Origin: Gemmatimonadota bacterium | GTDB lineage: Bacteria > Gemmatimonadota > Gemmatimonadetes > Palauibacterales > KS3-K002 | Assembly: GCA_039586795.1 (NCBI GenBank) | Contig: JBDHJS010000013.1 | Location: 18,464-82,463 of the forward strand | Direction: 5' to 3' | Length of the DNA stretch: 64,000 bases | Part shown: piece after piece, positions 46,520-57,700 of the stretch | Position numbering within the stretch: position 1 is the first letter of the stretch | Layout: each line of letters starts with the position of its first letter | The notes under the pieces: model-generated | What the model saw: only the letters and a program-made list of their open reading frames with translations | The model's database searches: none | Told to the model about the DNA's origin: nothing | Translations under genes and position numbers: made by a program

Positions 46520-49018
46520 CTACTCCGCCGTAGCCAGCTCCTTCTCTTCCTCTGTCTCCGATACCACCCGGGTCACGTCGACCAGCGTGTCACCGCTGTC
46601 CAGGTTGACCAACCGCACGCCCTGGGCGTTGCGGCCCGTCTCCCGTATCTCTTTGACTCGCTGTCGGTTAACGATCCCGTTGCGCGTCACGAAGACCAGC
46701 TCGTCGTCATCCCTGACCTCCATGATCGACACCACTTTGCCCGTCTTCGGCGACAGCCGGACGTTGATCACGCCCTTTCCGCCGCGCCGCTGCATGCGGT
46801 ACTGGTCGATCTTTGTGCGCTTGCCCATCCCGCGCTCTGTGACGACGAGCAGGGCCGCTTCATCACGCACGACCACCATGTCGACGACGGCGTCGCCGCG
46901 GCCAAGCACGATGCCTTTGACACCTCGGGCCACGCGGCCCATCTCGCGGACTTCGTCTTCCTGAAAACGGATCGCCTTACCGTTGCGCGTCGCCAGGACA
47001 ACCTGGTCGTCGCCGCCGGTGAGGCGAACGTCGATCAACTCGTCCTTGTCGACCACGCTGATCGCGTTGATGCCGCTGGAGCGAACGTTCCCGTAGGCCG
47101 CCAGCGAGGTCTTCTTGACCATGCCGTTGCGAGTTGCGAACAGCAGGTACTCGTCCTCGCTGAATTCTCGCACCGGCACCATCGCCGTCACCCGATCGTC
47201 CGCTCCGATCTTGATCAGGTTGACGATGGGACGGCCGCGCGCGGTTCGGCTGGTTTGCGGGACCTGGTGGACCTTCAGCCAGTGAACGCGACCCCGCGCA
47301 GTAAAGAACAGGATGTAGTCGTGCGTGGAAGCGGTGAACAGGTGCTCGACCCAGTCCTCTTCTTTTGTCGACATGCCGGCAATACCGCGTCCTCCACGCC
47401 GCTGGCGTCGGTAGGTGTCGACCGGGATTCGCTTGATGTACCCCTCGTGGGACACCGTGACCACCATGCTCTCTTCGGCAATCAGGTCTTCCATCGAGAA
47501 GTCGACGATCTCCCCGGCAATCTCCGTGCGGCGTTCGTCGCCGTACCTTTTCGCCAGCTCGTCGAGCTCTTTCTTGATGATGGTCATCCGCTGCGGCTTC
47601 GAGGCGAGGATGGCCTTCAGCTCTTTGATGAGGGCGCGGACTTCTTTGATTTCCGCTTTCAGCTTCTGAACCTCGAGCCCGGTGAGCCGTGCCAGCCGCA
47701 TGTTGAGGATTGCATCGGCCTGACGCTCCGAGAGCTTGTAGCGCGTGCGCAGCTTCTTGGCCGCGTCCTCCGGGTCCTTCGCCTTCTTGATGATCTCGAC
47801 GACGGCGTCGATGTTGTCGACCGCCTTCTTGAGACCGATCAGAATGTGCTCGCGCTCCTCGGCGACCTTGAGATCGTATTTCGTCCGGCGGACTACCATC
47901 TCGTGGCGATGTTCCACGAAGTGTCGGATGATCTCTTTCAGATCCATGATGCGCGGGACGCCATCGACCAGCGCCAGCATGATCGCTCCGAACGTCGACT
48001 GCATTTGCGTGTGCTTGTACAGTCGGTTGAGCACGATCTGCGGAATCGCATCTCGTTTCAACTCGATCACGATGCGCATCCCGTCTCGATCGCTCTCGTC
48101 GCGAAGGTCGCTGATACCCTCGACCTTTCGCTCGCGCGCCAGCTCCGCGATCTGCTCGATCATCCGCGTCTTGTTCACCATGAACGGGATCTCGGTGATG
48201 ATGATCCGATCGCCCTTCTTGGTCTCCTCCAGTTCCGCACGCGCACGCTGCACTATTCGACCGCGACCCGTCTTGTAGGCTTCCTCGATTCCCTTGTCGC
48301 CGTGGATGATCGAGCCGGTCGGGAAGTCCGGACCTTTCACGTACTTCATCAACTGCGCGACCGTTGCCTTCGGGTTGGCGATCAGGTGCTTCGCCGCGCT
48401 TACGACTTCACGCAGATTGTGCGGAGGTATGTTCGTCGCCATGCCCACCGCAATGCCCGAAGAACCGTTGACCAGCAGATTAGGAAACTTGGAGGGAAGG
48501 ACCGTCGGCTCTTCGAGACGGTCATCGAAGTTGGTGACGAAATCGACCGTCTCCTTGTCGATGTCCGCTAACAGCTCAACAGCGATCGGCCCCAATCGCG
48601 CTTCCGTATACCGATACGCCGCCGCGCTGTCTCCGTCCACCGAACCGAAGTTCCCCTGACCGTTGACCAGCGGATAGCGGAGCGAGAAATCCTGAACCAT
48701 CCGCACCAACGCATCGTATACCGCCATATCCCCGTGCGGATGGTATTTGCCCAGAACTTCACCGACCACGGTCGCGCTCTTCTTGTGCGGGCGGTTCGGC
48801 TGCAGGCCCAGCTCGTTCATCGCGAACAGAATTCGCCGATGAACCGGCTTCAAGCCGTCACGCACATCCGGCAGGGCACGCTGCACGATGACGCTCATCG
48901 AATAGTCGATGAACGACTCGCGCATCTCATCCTCCAGGTAGCGCGGGAGAACCTTCTCCTCGGTACCGTTCTGGTTCTCGACCTCTTCCTTCTTCTTGGC
49001 CTTCTTCTTCTTCGCCAT
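46520..49018 (-). CDS. gyrA: DNA gyrase subunit A
   Basis: [29 protein letters not shown], GyrA box QRRGGRG, beta-pinwheel repeats. Confidence 0.97.
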   Translation of the reverse strand: MAKKKKAKKKEEVENQNGTEEKVLPRYLEDEMRESFIDYSMSVIVQRALPDVRDGLKPVHRRILFAMNELGLQPNRPHKKSATVVGEVLGKYHPHGDMAVYDALVRMVQDFSLRYPLVNGQGNFGSVDGDSAAAYRYTEARLGPIAVELLADIDKETVDFVTNFDDRLEEPTVLPSKFPNLLVNGSSGIAVGMATNIPPHNLREVVSAAKHLIANPKATVAQLMKYVKGPDFPTGSIIHGDKGIEEAYKTGRGRIVQRARAELEETKKGDRIIITEIPFMVNKTRMIEQIAELARERKVEGISDLRDESDRDGMRIVIELKRDAIPQIVLNRLYKHTQMQSTFGAIMLALVDGVPRIMDLKEIIRHFVEHRHEMVVRRTKYDLKVAEEREHILIGLKKAVDNIDAVVEIIKKAKDPEDAAKKLRTRYKLSERQADAILNMRLARLTGLEVQKLKAEIKEVRALIKELKAILASKPQRMTIIKKELDELAKRYGDERRTEIAGEIVDFSMEDLIAEESMVVTVSHEGYIKRIPVDTYRRQRRGGRGIAGMSTKEEDWVEHLFTASTHDYILFFTARGRVHWLKVHQVPQTSRTARGRPIVNLIKIGADDRVTAMVPVREFSEDEYLLFATRNGMVKKTSLAAYGNVRSSGINAISVVDKDELIDVRLTGGDDQVVLATRNGKAIRFQEDEVREMGRVARGVKGIVLGRGDAVVDMVVVRDEAALLVVTERGMGKRTKIDQYRMQRRGGKGVINVRLSPKTGKVVSIMEVRDDDELVFVTRNGIVNRQRVKEIRETGRNAQGVRLVNLDSGDTLVDVTRVVSETEEEKELATAE

Positions 49019-49053
49019 CTATTCTGACCTTCGCGTTCCCTGTTCTTTGCCAA

Positions 49054-49121
49054 CGGTAAACAGTAAGCGGTGAGCGGTAAGCGGTAACATCGATCCCACC
49101 GCTTATCGCTTACCGCTTACT
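49054..49121. repeat. Heptamer-built palindrome F upstream of gyrA
   Basis: CGGTAAA CAGTAAG CGGTGAG CGGTAAG CGGTAAC ... CACCGCT TATCGCT TACCGCT TAC. Confidence 0.8.
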
Positions 49122-49215
49122 TCCTGACCCACGATAGGCTCCTAAAGGACAAGAGCATCCACCCGCCGCCAGGTCTCACCCAGCGGCACCACCACCCCGC
49201 CCCCTCCTAGCGGAG

Positions 49216-49617
49216 CTACTTCTGTCCTTCGCCCTCTTGCTGTTCCTGAAGCTCCGGATGCTTCGACGGATAGTAGACGGCCAGCGCCTCCAGGATCTTC
49301 CTGTCCCGGCTCGCGTTCGTCTCAGCCAGACCACCGCCCGACTGCGTCGTGCGCAGCGACTGGATGATCAGGGCGTCGGCGCCCAGGTCCGCTGCCTGCT
49401 GACGCGCCTCCAGCACCATCTCCCGCTCGTCCGCCGAGACCATGTCCTGAATCTCTATCCGCTTCAGGACCTCGTACTTCTCTTCCGGATAGTCGCCCGG
49501 CATAAAGAGCTCGACGTCGCGTGGCTCGACGGCTGGTAGGGTTACCTTCGTGCTTGTGCCGCCGCTGCAGGCCGCCAGCCCCAGCACTACGGCAAAGAAG
49601 GCCGAAAAGTATTTCAT
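49216..49617 (-). CDS. Small lipoprotein (YbjQ/dodecin-like GADAL motif), paralog 1
   Basis: MKYFSAFFAVVLGLAAC lipobox; AADLGADALII; AVYYPSKHPE. Confidence 0.7.
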   Translation of the reverse strand: MKYFSAFFAVVLGLAACSGGTSTKVTLPAVEPRDVELFMPGDYPEEKYEVLKRIEIQDMVSADEREMVLEARQQAADLGADALIIQSLRTTQSGGGLAETNASRDRKILEALAVYYPSKHPELQEQQEGEGQK

Positions 49618-49830
49618 CGTACAGTACCTGTGGATTAGGGTGGGTCTTGACTCCCACCCCAATTTACACCGCTCAACACCCATTCTCCACCCCATCGCAG
49701 CCACTCGGCGAAGTCCCAAAACCCTTGTTTTTATTGGTTATTCAGGCGCAGGGGGGAATCGCGCCCGCTGCGGTGTGCGAGTCGAATCTGAACTACTCCA
49801 GATCGTGCTCGCTACGCTCGACGCAGCAGC

Positions 49831-50190
49831 TCAGGATGTGCCCGGGTCTCGCTCAATCTCCGGGTGTCGGCTGGGGAAGTAGATGGCGACAGCCAGCAGG
49901 GTGACGGTAGGGTTGGACACGCTGGCGCTGACACGCCACTCCTTGATCCACAACGCATCCGCACCGTAGCTAGCCGCTTTTTCTCGCGCGCCGGCGATCA
50001 CATCGGCGCGGGGCGTATTGGTCGCGGCTTGCTGGCGGATATCGGCGATCTCTTCGAATTCTTCCTCTGGCTCCTCCGTCAACACCTCAACATCCTCGAC
50101 CGTCACCGGTGGCAAAGTCACTCTTGGGCCACAGCCACCAAAGACCCCCGCCAACACCACGATTGCCAAGAATGACAACGCTCGCCTCAT
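49831..50190 (-). CDS. Small lipoprotein (YbjQ/dodecin-like GADAL motif), paralog 2
   Basis: MRRALSFLAIVVLAGVFGGC lipobox; AASYGADALWI; AIYFPSRHPE. Confidence 0.7.
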   Translation of the reverse strand: MRRALSFLAIVVLAGVFGGCGPRVTLPPVTVEDVEVLTEEPEEEFEEIADIRQQAATNTPRADVIAGAREKAASYGADALWIKEWRVSASVSNPTVTLLAVAIYFPSRHPEIERDPGTS

Positions 50191-50275
50191 TCTCTCTTCC
50201 CTCGCATCCATACTCGTTTGAATTCGACTCAACACCGCCGTGAAGATGGCGCCAATAGCGACGCGCCGCAAATGC

Positions 50276-51286
50276 TCACGCCAGGCAACGATAGTCATCC
50301 GGCTCCCGGTAGCCCGCGGCATCCAGTTCCTCGCGGATCAGCTGACGGGCGCCTGCCGCTCCCACGGCCACCAAGAGATATTGACCTTCGCTCGCCGCCA
50401 CCTCCCGTGCATCGTGCACCTGCGCTCCATGAATCTCCTGGCCGATCTTTCGCGCATCGATATCGAAAAACGCTCCGGTCTCGATTCCCTCCTCGATCAA
50501 TGCCCGGGCGAGGTCTTTCCCGACACGACCGGCGCCCCAGATGTTCACCTCCGTGCGCCCGTGCAGGACGCTTTCCCGCAAATAGTGGATTTTGCAGCGC
50601 CGAAACGCGTTGGCGGAGTATCGTGGATCGACGCGCGACGCCCGATCTTCCCGCTCGCGCCAGAAGTGGAGGATCTCTGGTACGTTCGCCACGCGCGAGC
50701 CCGCCAGGTACAGTCGCAGGATCAGGTCGTAGTCCTCGGGCCATCCGTTCGTCGCGTAGCCACCGACTTCTTCGAAGCGGCTGCGTCGCATCATCACAGT
50801 CGGATGCGCGATCGGACACTCGACGAAGATGTCACGAGCCAGTTCATCCGGCTCACTCAGTCCGTTCAGCCAGTTCTGGTAGCGGCGTGCCCCCCAGCCG
50901 ACCCCGCCGTGCGGGAAGTAGCGCACATGAGTTCCAACCGCGTCCACATCATCATGCTGAGACAGGTAATCGACCTGCCGGGTGAGCCGCCGCGGGTGAG
51001 TGAAGTCATCCGCGTCGAATCTTGCGACCAGGTCGCCCCGGCACTCGGCGGCGCCGGCCTGCAGCGCCTCCGCCAGTCCGTTACGCGCCGTGTGAAGCAC
51101 GCGCACCCGGTCATCGGCCTCCGCCCAGCGTTCGAGTATGTCGCCGGTCGCGTCTGTTGACCCGTCGTCGACGGCGACGACTTCGTAATCCGCGAACGTC
51201 TGAAGACTGAGACTGCGGATGGCCTCTGGAAGGTGAGCTTCTGCATCTCGGCAGGGAAGCAGTACGGAAACGCTTGGAGTGGTCAC
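50276..51286 (-). CDS. Glycosyltransferase family 2 with a C-terminal Rossmann-like domain
   Basis: VSVLLP, VDDGSTD, RFDADD, HPTVM, EDYDL, IWGAGRVGK; GTG start at 51286. Confidence 0.88.
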   Translation of the reverse strand: MTTPSVSVLLPCRDAEAHLPEAIRSLSLQTFADYEVVAVDDGSTDATGDILERWAEADDRVRVLHTARNGLAEALQAGAAECRGDLVARFDADDFTHPRRLTRQVDYLSQHDDVDAVGTHVRYFPHGGVGWGARRYQNWLNGLSEPDELARDIFVECPIAHPTVMMRRSRFEEVGGYATNGWPEDYDLILRLYLAGSRVANVPEILHFWREREDRASRVDPRYSANAFRRCKIHYLRESVLHGRTEVNIWGAGRVGKDLARALIEEGIETGAFFDIDARKIGQEIHGAQVHDAREVAASEGQYLLVAVGAAGARQLIREELDAAGYREPDDYRCLA

Positions 51287-51312
51287 TCTGCTGATGGCGC
51301 CCTTCTTGATGC

Positions 51313-54123
51313 TCAAACTCCCAACACCCCGGCCAGAAAACTCCCCGTATACGACCCCTCCACACCCACGACCTCCTCCGGCCTCCCCATGGCCACCAAC
51401 CGCCCCCCGTGCGCTCCCGCCCCCGGCCCCAAATCGATGATCCAATCCGCCTGCTTGATCACATCCAGGTTGTGCTCGATGACCACGACCGAGTTCCCTG
51501 CATCGATGAGCTGGTTCAATACATCGATCAGCACGCGGACATCGTGCATGTGCAGGCCGGTCGTCGGCTCATCCAGCAAGTACAGCCGGTGCCCACCCCG
51601 ACGCGTCGCTCCCGCAAGCTCTCGCGCCAGCTTGAGACGCTGCGCTTCACCGCCCGACAGCGTCGTCGCCGGCTGCCCGAGCCGCAGGTATCCGAGCCCC
51701 ACGCGCTGCAGCTGCCACAGCATCTCGCCGAGCTTCGCCTCCTTGATGAAGAAGCGGAGCGCCTCGTCAACCGTGAGGCTCAACACGTCGTCGACGCTCA
51801 GCCCGCGATACTTCACATCCAATATTTCCGGCTTGAACCGCTTGCCGCCGCACATATCGCACGCGACGTAGACGTCGGCCATGAACAGCATCTCGACCTC
51901 GATCTGACCGGCGCCCTGGCACTCCTCGCAACGGCCACCCGCCACATTGAACGAGAACTGGCTGGGCACCAGGCCACGACGCTTGGATTCCGGCTGTTCG
52001 GCAAAGATTCGACGAATCTCCGACCACGCTTTGAGGTAGGTGGCGGCGTTAGAGCGCGGCGTCCGACCGATCGGGCTCTGGTCGATGAGCACTACGCCCG
52101 ACAGGGCGCCGCTCCCCTTCAACGCGTCGTACGACCCGACCAGCTCGCCCAGATGCTGCTTGGCGCTCGACTGACCCTCGATCTTCCGCTCCAGTGCCCG
52201 GTACAGCACGTCGTGCACCAGGGTCGACTTGCCGCTACCCGATACCCCGGTCACTACCGTGAGGACGTTCAACGGGATCGTCACGTTGACGCCGTCCAGG
52301 TTGTGCAGCCGCGCTCCTTCGAGATCTACGGTGGCGCCATCAACCGGCCGGCGTCGTTCCGGGTTCGCCACGGACCGGCGGCCCGACAGGTATTCGCCGG
52401 TGAGGGTATCGGAGGCGAGCAAGCCTTTCAGGCCTCCCTCGTAACACAGCTCGCCGCCCTTCTCGCCGGACGCGGGGCCCAACTCGACGACATGGTCGGC
52501 TCGCTCCACTGCCGCCCGGTCGTGCTCGACGACCAGGACCGCGTTGCCCAGGTCGCGGAGCTGTTCCAGCAACCTGTAAAGGCGTTCGGTGTCCCTGGGA
52601 TGAAGACCGATAGACGGTTCATCCAAAACGTAGGTTACATCGACCAACGCACTGCCCAATGAGTTGGCCAGGTTGATCCGCTGCGCCTCTCCGCCCGACA
52701 GCGTTCGTGCCTGGCGATCGAGGGTCAGATAACCCAGACCCACATCGTCGAGAAACGCGACCCGCGATCGCAACTCGCGGAGTATCGTGTCGGCCACCGC
52801 CCGCTCATGCTTCGTCAGCTTCACGCTCTCGACCCAGGCGCGTAGTTCCTCCACCGGCAACGCGCTCACATCGGCGACGGTCCTCTTTGCCACCTTCACG
52901 TTCAGCGCCTCCGATCTGAGGCGCGCGCCGCCGCAGTCCGTGCAGGTCTGCTGGGTCTGATACTGGCGGACGAACACGCGGATGTATTGCTTGTATCGCT
53001 TCGTTTGTTTGAGCCGCTCCAGCTGCTCGATGATGCCCTCGAAGCCCGGGTCGCCGTAAAACACGACGTCCTTGAATGACTTCGGCAGTTCCTTCCACGG
53101 CTTCTTCATCGAGACTTTGTGCTTCTTCGCCAGTTCGGCCAGGTAGTAGCGCCGATCTTCGTAACGCGGTTTGGTCCACGGATCGACAGCGCCGTCCTCC
53201 AGCGTGCGCTCAGCGTCGGGGACGATCAGGTCGAGATCGAACTCGAGGTTGGCACCGAACCCGTTGCAGGTGGGGCAGGCGCCGAGCGGGCTGTTAAACG
53301 AGAAGAGCGTGGGAACCGGATCGGGGAACGTCGTTCCGTCGTTGGGGCAGCGGAAGCGTTCGGTGAACGCCAATCGATCGGCGACGCCCTTCCCGTTCGA
53401 CACCAGGACCACGGCCTCGCCTTCACCTTCCGTGAACGCTGTCCCCAGCGAATCGGCGAGCCGCGAACGAGCGGCGTCGCCGACCTTCAGGCGATCGACA
53501 ACGACCAGCAGTTCCTCCGCTTTCGTCAATTCCGGCGTTCCGCTCTCATGCGTCGCCTCGCCCAGGTAGACCTCTTCACCGTCGGCCAGCGCACGAATGA
53601 ACCCCAGCGCTCGAAGGTTCTCGACCACCAGTTCGTCCGACACCTCAGCGGAAAGCGGCAGAGGAAACGTCACCTGAATGCGCGAACCCTTCGGCAACTT
53701 GCGCACGCGATCCACCGCGCTTTGCACCGTGTCCGGCTTGATCTCACGGCCGCACTCGGGACAGATCGTGCGACCGATCCGCGCCCACAATAGCCGCAGG
53801 TAGTCGTGGATCTCGGTTGCGGTCCCCACCGTCGATCGACTGGTCTTGGTCGGATTCTTCTGCTGGATCGCCACCGCCGGACTGACACCCTCCACCGACT
53901 CGACGTCCGGCCGCTCCATCCGCTCGAGGAACTGCTTCGCATAGGTCGACAGCGATTCCACATACCGTCGCTGTGCCTCCGCAAACACCGTATCGAAGGC
54001 GAGCGACGATTTCCCGGAGCCGGACGGACCGGTGATGACGGTGAACGCCCGGTGCGGGATGTCGAGATCGATGCCCTTGAGGTTGTGCTGGCGGGCGCCG
54101 CGGATGCGGATGCTGTCTTCCAT
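51313..54123 (-). CDS. uvrA: Excinuclease ABC subunit A
   Basis: GARQHNLK, two Walker A motifs [13 protein letters not shown] twice, zinc fingers. Confidence 0.95.
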   Translation of the reverse strand: MEDSIRIRGARQHNLKGIDLDIPHRAFTVITGPSGSGKSSLAFDTVFAEAQRRYVESLSTYAKQFLERMERPDVESVEGVSPAVAIQQKNPTKTSRSTVGTATEIHDYLRLLWARIGRTICPECGREIKPDTVQSAVDRVRKLPKGSRIQVTFPLPLSAEVSDELVVENLRALGFIRALADGEEVYLGEATHESGTPELTKAEELLVVVDRLKVGDAARSRLADSLGTAFTEGEGEAVVLVSNGKGVADRLAFTERFRCPNDGTTFPDPVPTLFSFNSPLGACPTCNGFGANLEFDLDLIVPDAERTLEDGAVDPWTKPRYEDRRYYLAELAKKHKVSMKKPWKELPKSFKDVVFYGDPGFEGIIEQLERLKQTKRYKQYIRVFVRQYQTQQTCTDCGGARLRSEALNVKVAKRTVADVSALPVEELRAWVESVKLTKHERAVADTILRELRSRVAFLDDVGLGYLTLDRQARTLSGGEAQRINLANSLGSALVDVTYVLDEPSIGLHPRDTERLYRLLEQLRDLGNAVLVVEHDRAAVERADHVVELGPASGEKGGELCYEGGLKGLLASDTLTGEYLSGRRSVANPERRRPVDGATVDLEGARLHNLDGVNVTIPLNVLTVVTGVSGSGKSTLVHDVLYRALERKIEGQSSAKQHLGELVGSYDALKGSGALSGVVLIDQSPIGRTPRSNAATYLKAWSEIRRIFAEQPESKRRGLVPSQFSFNVAGGRCEECQGAGQIEVEMLFMADVYVACDMCGGKRFKPEILDVKYRGLSVDDVLSLTVDEALRFFIKEAKLGEMLWQLQRVGLGYLRLGQPATTLSGGEAQRLKLARELAGATRRGGHRLYLLDEPTTGLHMHDVRVLIDVLNQLIDAGNSVVVIEHNLDVIKQADWIIDLGPGAGAHGGRLVAMGRPEEVVGVEGSYTGSFLAGVLGV

Positions 54124-54207
54124 GGTTCTGAGGATAATAACTACGTCAGTGGAGTGCCGCGCCAGTGCGCGACTGCGCGGGCCAGGCACTGGCTCCTTGG
54201 CCATCGT

Positions 54208-54240
54208 GTGTCACGATCTCCAGGGTCGGTCGACTGAACT
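54208..54240 (+). promoter_or_regulatory. Putative ECF-sigma promoter, copy 1
   Basis: GTGTCACG-N15-CGACTGAACT, 46 nt before the ATG at 54287. Confidence 0.7.
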
Positions 54241-54286
54241 GTAAGGCCCAGATGTCGAGCCACCCAACTTTCACCAGGAGTCGACC

Positions 54287-54709
54287 ATGAAGATCCGATC
54301 CGTACTTATTCTGGCATTGATCGCGGCGGGGAGTCTTGCCGTGGGTTGTGATGACGCGACCAAGACACAAGACGGCGTGTTCGGCATTGACCTGGAAGTC
54401 GTTGCGACATGCCCGAATACCTTCTCGCTCAAACCAGTCAGCACCTACCCCCAGCTTATTGCAGCTGACCGGAATGGAGACGGCCACATCTGCTACAAAC
54501 ATGTCGCCGGCTGTGCCGCCGATTTCCCCGCCTGCGGGCTTCACATGGTTGCCATCATCGACAACCATGCGCCCAGTCAGGGCGACTGTCTGTCAGGATA
54601 TGAAGCCGTAGCGGCCATCGGGCAACTGGACGTCGATCAGAACGGTGATCAAGTGATCTGCAAGGCGGTGGACGGGGAGGAGATCAGCTACACGGACAAT
54701 TCCTTCTGA
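54287..54709 (+). CDS. Small Cys-rich lipoprotein with two DxNGD (EF-hand-like) repeats
   Basis: Lipobox AVGC; CPNTF...DRNGDGHIC..IIDN and CLSGY...DQNGDQVIC..YTDN; AGGAG RBS. Confidence 0.75.
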   Translation: MKIRSVLILALIAAGSLAVGCDDATKTQDGVFGIDLEVVATCPNTFSLKPVSTYPQLIAADRNGDGHICYKHVAGCAADFPACGLHMVAIIDNHAPSQGDCLSGYEAVAAIGQLDVDQNGDQVICKAVDGEEISYTDNSF

Positions 54710-54730
54710 TACTACCGTAGTCGCGCGCCC

Positions 54731-57700
54731 TCAATGCGCGCTTTCAGCTCCGCCGACCAGGACGAAGCCCGCCCAGAAGAAGGGGTGCGCCGTATTCGAG
54801 CCTCGCCGCAGCTGCAGCTGAGCCGCCCGCAGGGCGGCGGCGGGAGACATTCCTGAGGCGAGCCGTGAATGGAACTCGCCCATCAGCTCGGCCGAGGCGG
54901 CGCCCACCGGCCAGAGTGTGGCTACCACTGACTCGGCGCCAGCGGCGAGGAACGCGCGACCGAGACCCATAAGCCCTTCACCGTAGTAGAGCCGGCCCTG
55001 CGATGTTTCGCAAGCGCTCAGCACCACCAGCCCAATCGGGCGGCGCACCGCCGCGATCTCACCCAGATGAAGATAGCCATCGTTATCTTCGTCCGGCGCC
55101 AAGCGAACGTGAGAGGCCAAGGGGTCGACGGCATCGGCGACGGCGTGTGCCGCCAAGTGAACCACCGAGTAATTGCCCGCAGTCGTCAGGGCGCGAGTCT
55201 CCGTAGCGTCGTCCCCCACATGTGTAACCACCCGACCTGCCGACCAGGCCGCCTCAATAGCCGCCAGTTCACGCTCCGCGCCGGGCGCATCTCCGGCGAG
55301 CGCCAGGACAGAGCCGCTCGCAGGAGTCAGGCGGTGGACGCCAACCTGGCCGTTGCCCAAAAACCGCGCCGATGGCAAGTACACCAACTCGAAACGGTCG
55401 ATGAGGTATCGCGCCTGCGCATAAGCGGTCCCGGTCTCGGCTTCAGTTTGCGGCGCTCGCGATACCAGGGCGGCAAAGGGCAGGTAATGCAGCGGACCGT
55501 CAGGAATCACATGAACCCGCCGGACTCCGGGCAGCAGAGGCTCGATCGGCATTAGCAGCGCGGTGTACAACTCTCCGGCCAGCTGGACGTCGAACGGCGC
55601 TCGCGCCAGGTCGATGCGGCCGCCGTAGCTCAGTGCCAGCGGGCGACGTAGATCCTCGACTAGCTTTGCCAAGCGTTTTGGCAACACAGGCAGGGACAAC
55701 ACACGCGCCTCGTGTGGCGTGATGACGATCACGGCCGACAGCGAGTCGATGATCACATAGTCGAGAAGAGCCGAATCGCCGGTGAGTCCGTGACGGATTT
55801 CGGCCAATGTGAACGGCTGAATCACTTGACCTTCTTTGCCGTGCGCCAGCGCCGCGAGCGTCAGTGCCGCGCTCTTGCGTCGCTGACTCCAAAACAACAC
55901 GGGCTCCGGGTCCACGTCGCGTCCAGCAGACAACAGAAGTTTAAGCGCTTCATCGAAAGGAGAGATGTTCCGGCTCCGGAACTCGACCCGCTGAAGGTCC
56001 GCACCCAGGCCAACCCCTGTCTCCTCGATAACGCTCGCCGACCTGTCGTAAGCCTCCAGTGCCTCAGCGACCCTGCCGTCCCGACTGAAGGCCCGGCCAA
56101 GCGCCAGCTGCGTTTCCAGCAACACTTCGGCGGTAGGATGCGCTTCCGCCAAGGCCGCCGCGTCACCCAGCATCGCAATCCCCTTACCTACCTCGCCCGA
56201 CTGCACGAGCGCCTCGCCCTTCAGACGGCGTGCATGAATCAGTTCGGTCACGTAGTTGTAGCGGTCGGCCAGGCTGTCGGCTCGGCCTGCCGCTGCCGCC
56301 GCCGAGTCAGCTTTACCCCAGTCCAAGTACATCTCGCCCAAGCGAGTGTTCGCCACGGCCGTTCCGCGCAAGTTACCTCTGCCGGTTTGGATCTCGACCC
56401 ACCCGCGCAGCGTCTTCGTCGCTTCTTCAAATTGCATGCGACTCGCTTGCACGTCGGCCAGCAAGGGAGTGTCTAGTGGTCCCCAATTCTGCAACTCATC
56501 ATGCGCCCGCGCCGCAGCCTCAGCGCTGTCGGGTTGGCCCAACCTGTCATGAACGCGCGCCAACGCGCGCCACGTTTCGCTGAGCACTTCTTGCTCCGCG
56601 ATGGCCCGTCGATAGTACTCGAGCGCTGCCTGCCAGTCGCCGGCCCTCTCCAAGTATTCGCCCGCCCAGTGGTAGTTCTCCTCCTGTTCGTCGATGACCT
56701 CGACCATTTGTCGGAATTCCTCGTTCGCTGCGGCGTGCCATCCGGCCATCCAGCGAGTCATCCCGGCATCACGGAGGCTCATCATGCGGGACGGCGAGTG
56801 TGTCAAGAGCGCGGCTTCATCGACGAAGCGGTCCGCGATGCGAGATGCCTCCTCGATTCGGCCCGCCCACTCGTAGATATGCACCAAGTTGTGATAGGCA
56901 TCGGCGAGCCAGAAGGAGGCCCCGGAAGGCGGGGCGAGCGCAATCCCTCTTGAGATGTCGCGCTCCGCTTCTGCCAGCCGCCCCAAATGTGCGAGGGCTC
57001 GACCTCGCTTCACGTATGCTCGCAACTGGAAAGCCGCCGACCCCACGCTGTCGGCGATGGACACGACCCGATCGTGGCATTCGACGGAACTGGACGGATC
57101 ACCGCTGTCATCGAGTTGGCGGCAAAGTCTCCAGAGGGCACGCAGCTCCCACGACCACGCGCCATGATCGCGTGCCAACTCGGCTTCTTCGCGTAGCAGC
57201 GCCTCCCACTCCGCTCGACCCCGACCAGCGCGCAGTGCTACTAGTCCGTGGAGATAGGTGACCTTTAAGCCCGGGCGCCCATCGCGCTCCACTGCCGCAG
57301 CCACGGCCCGTTGAATCGCCTCAGCCGCCGCCGCGTCCCCGCGCTCCAAGCTGAGCTCGGCCAGCCGCATATAGACGGCGACGCGCTTGAGTGGATGGGT
57401 CGACAGCTCGATCGCTCTTCGCAGCGCAGCCTCGGCGTCCTGCGCGCGGTTGGCCCACGACAGTACCTGGCCGTAGCGGTCCCACGCCTCCGCCAGCTCG
57501 GGCGCCAGCCGCACGGCCTGCTCGGCAAAACGCACGGCCTGCGGCCGCCAAATGCGCGCCGGCGTCAGACGGTCGGCCAGGTTCGCGAGAAAGAGCGATG
57601 TGCAAAGGGTGGATCCCTGTTCCGCTTCGATCGCGACGAACTCCCCTGCAGCACCCTCGGGGTAGCCATAAGGTGCTGTGGCCCAGGCACTGTAACAGGC

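Noticed and set aside
21721..49121. Heptamer palindromes as CRISPR arrays or integron attC sites
   Set aside because: No constant repeat with unique spacers, no cas or integron-integrase gene, and no consistent RYYYAAC/GTTRRRY ends.
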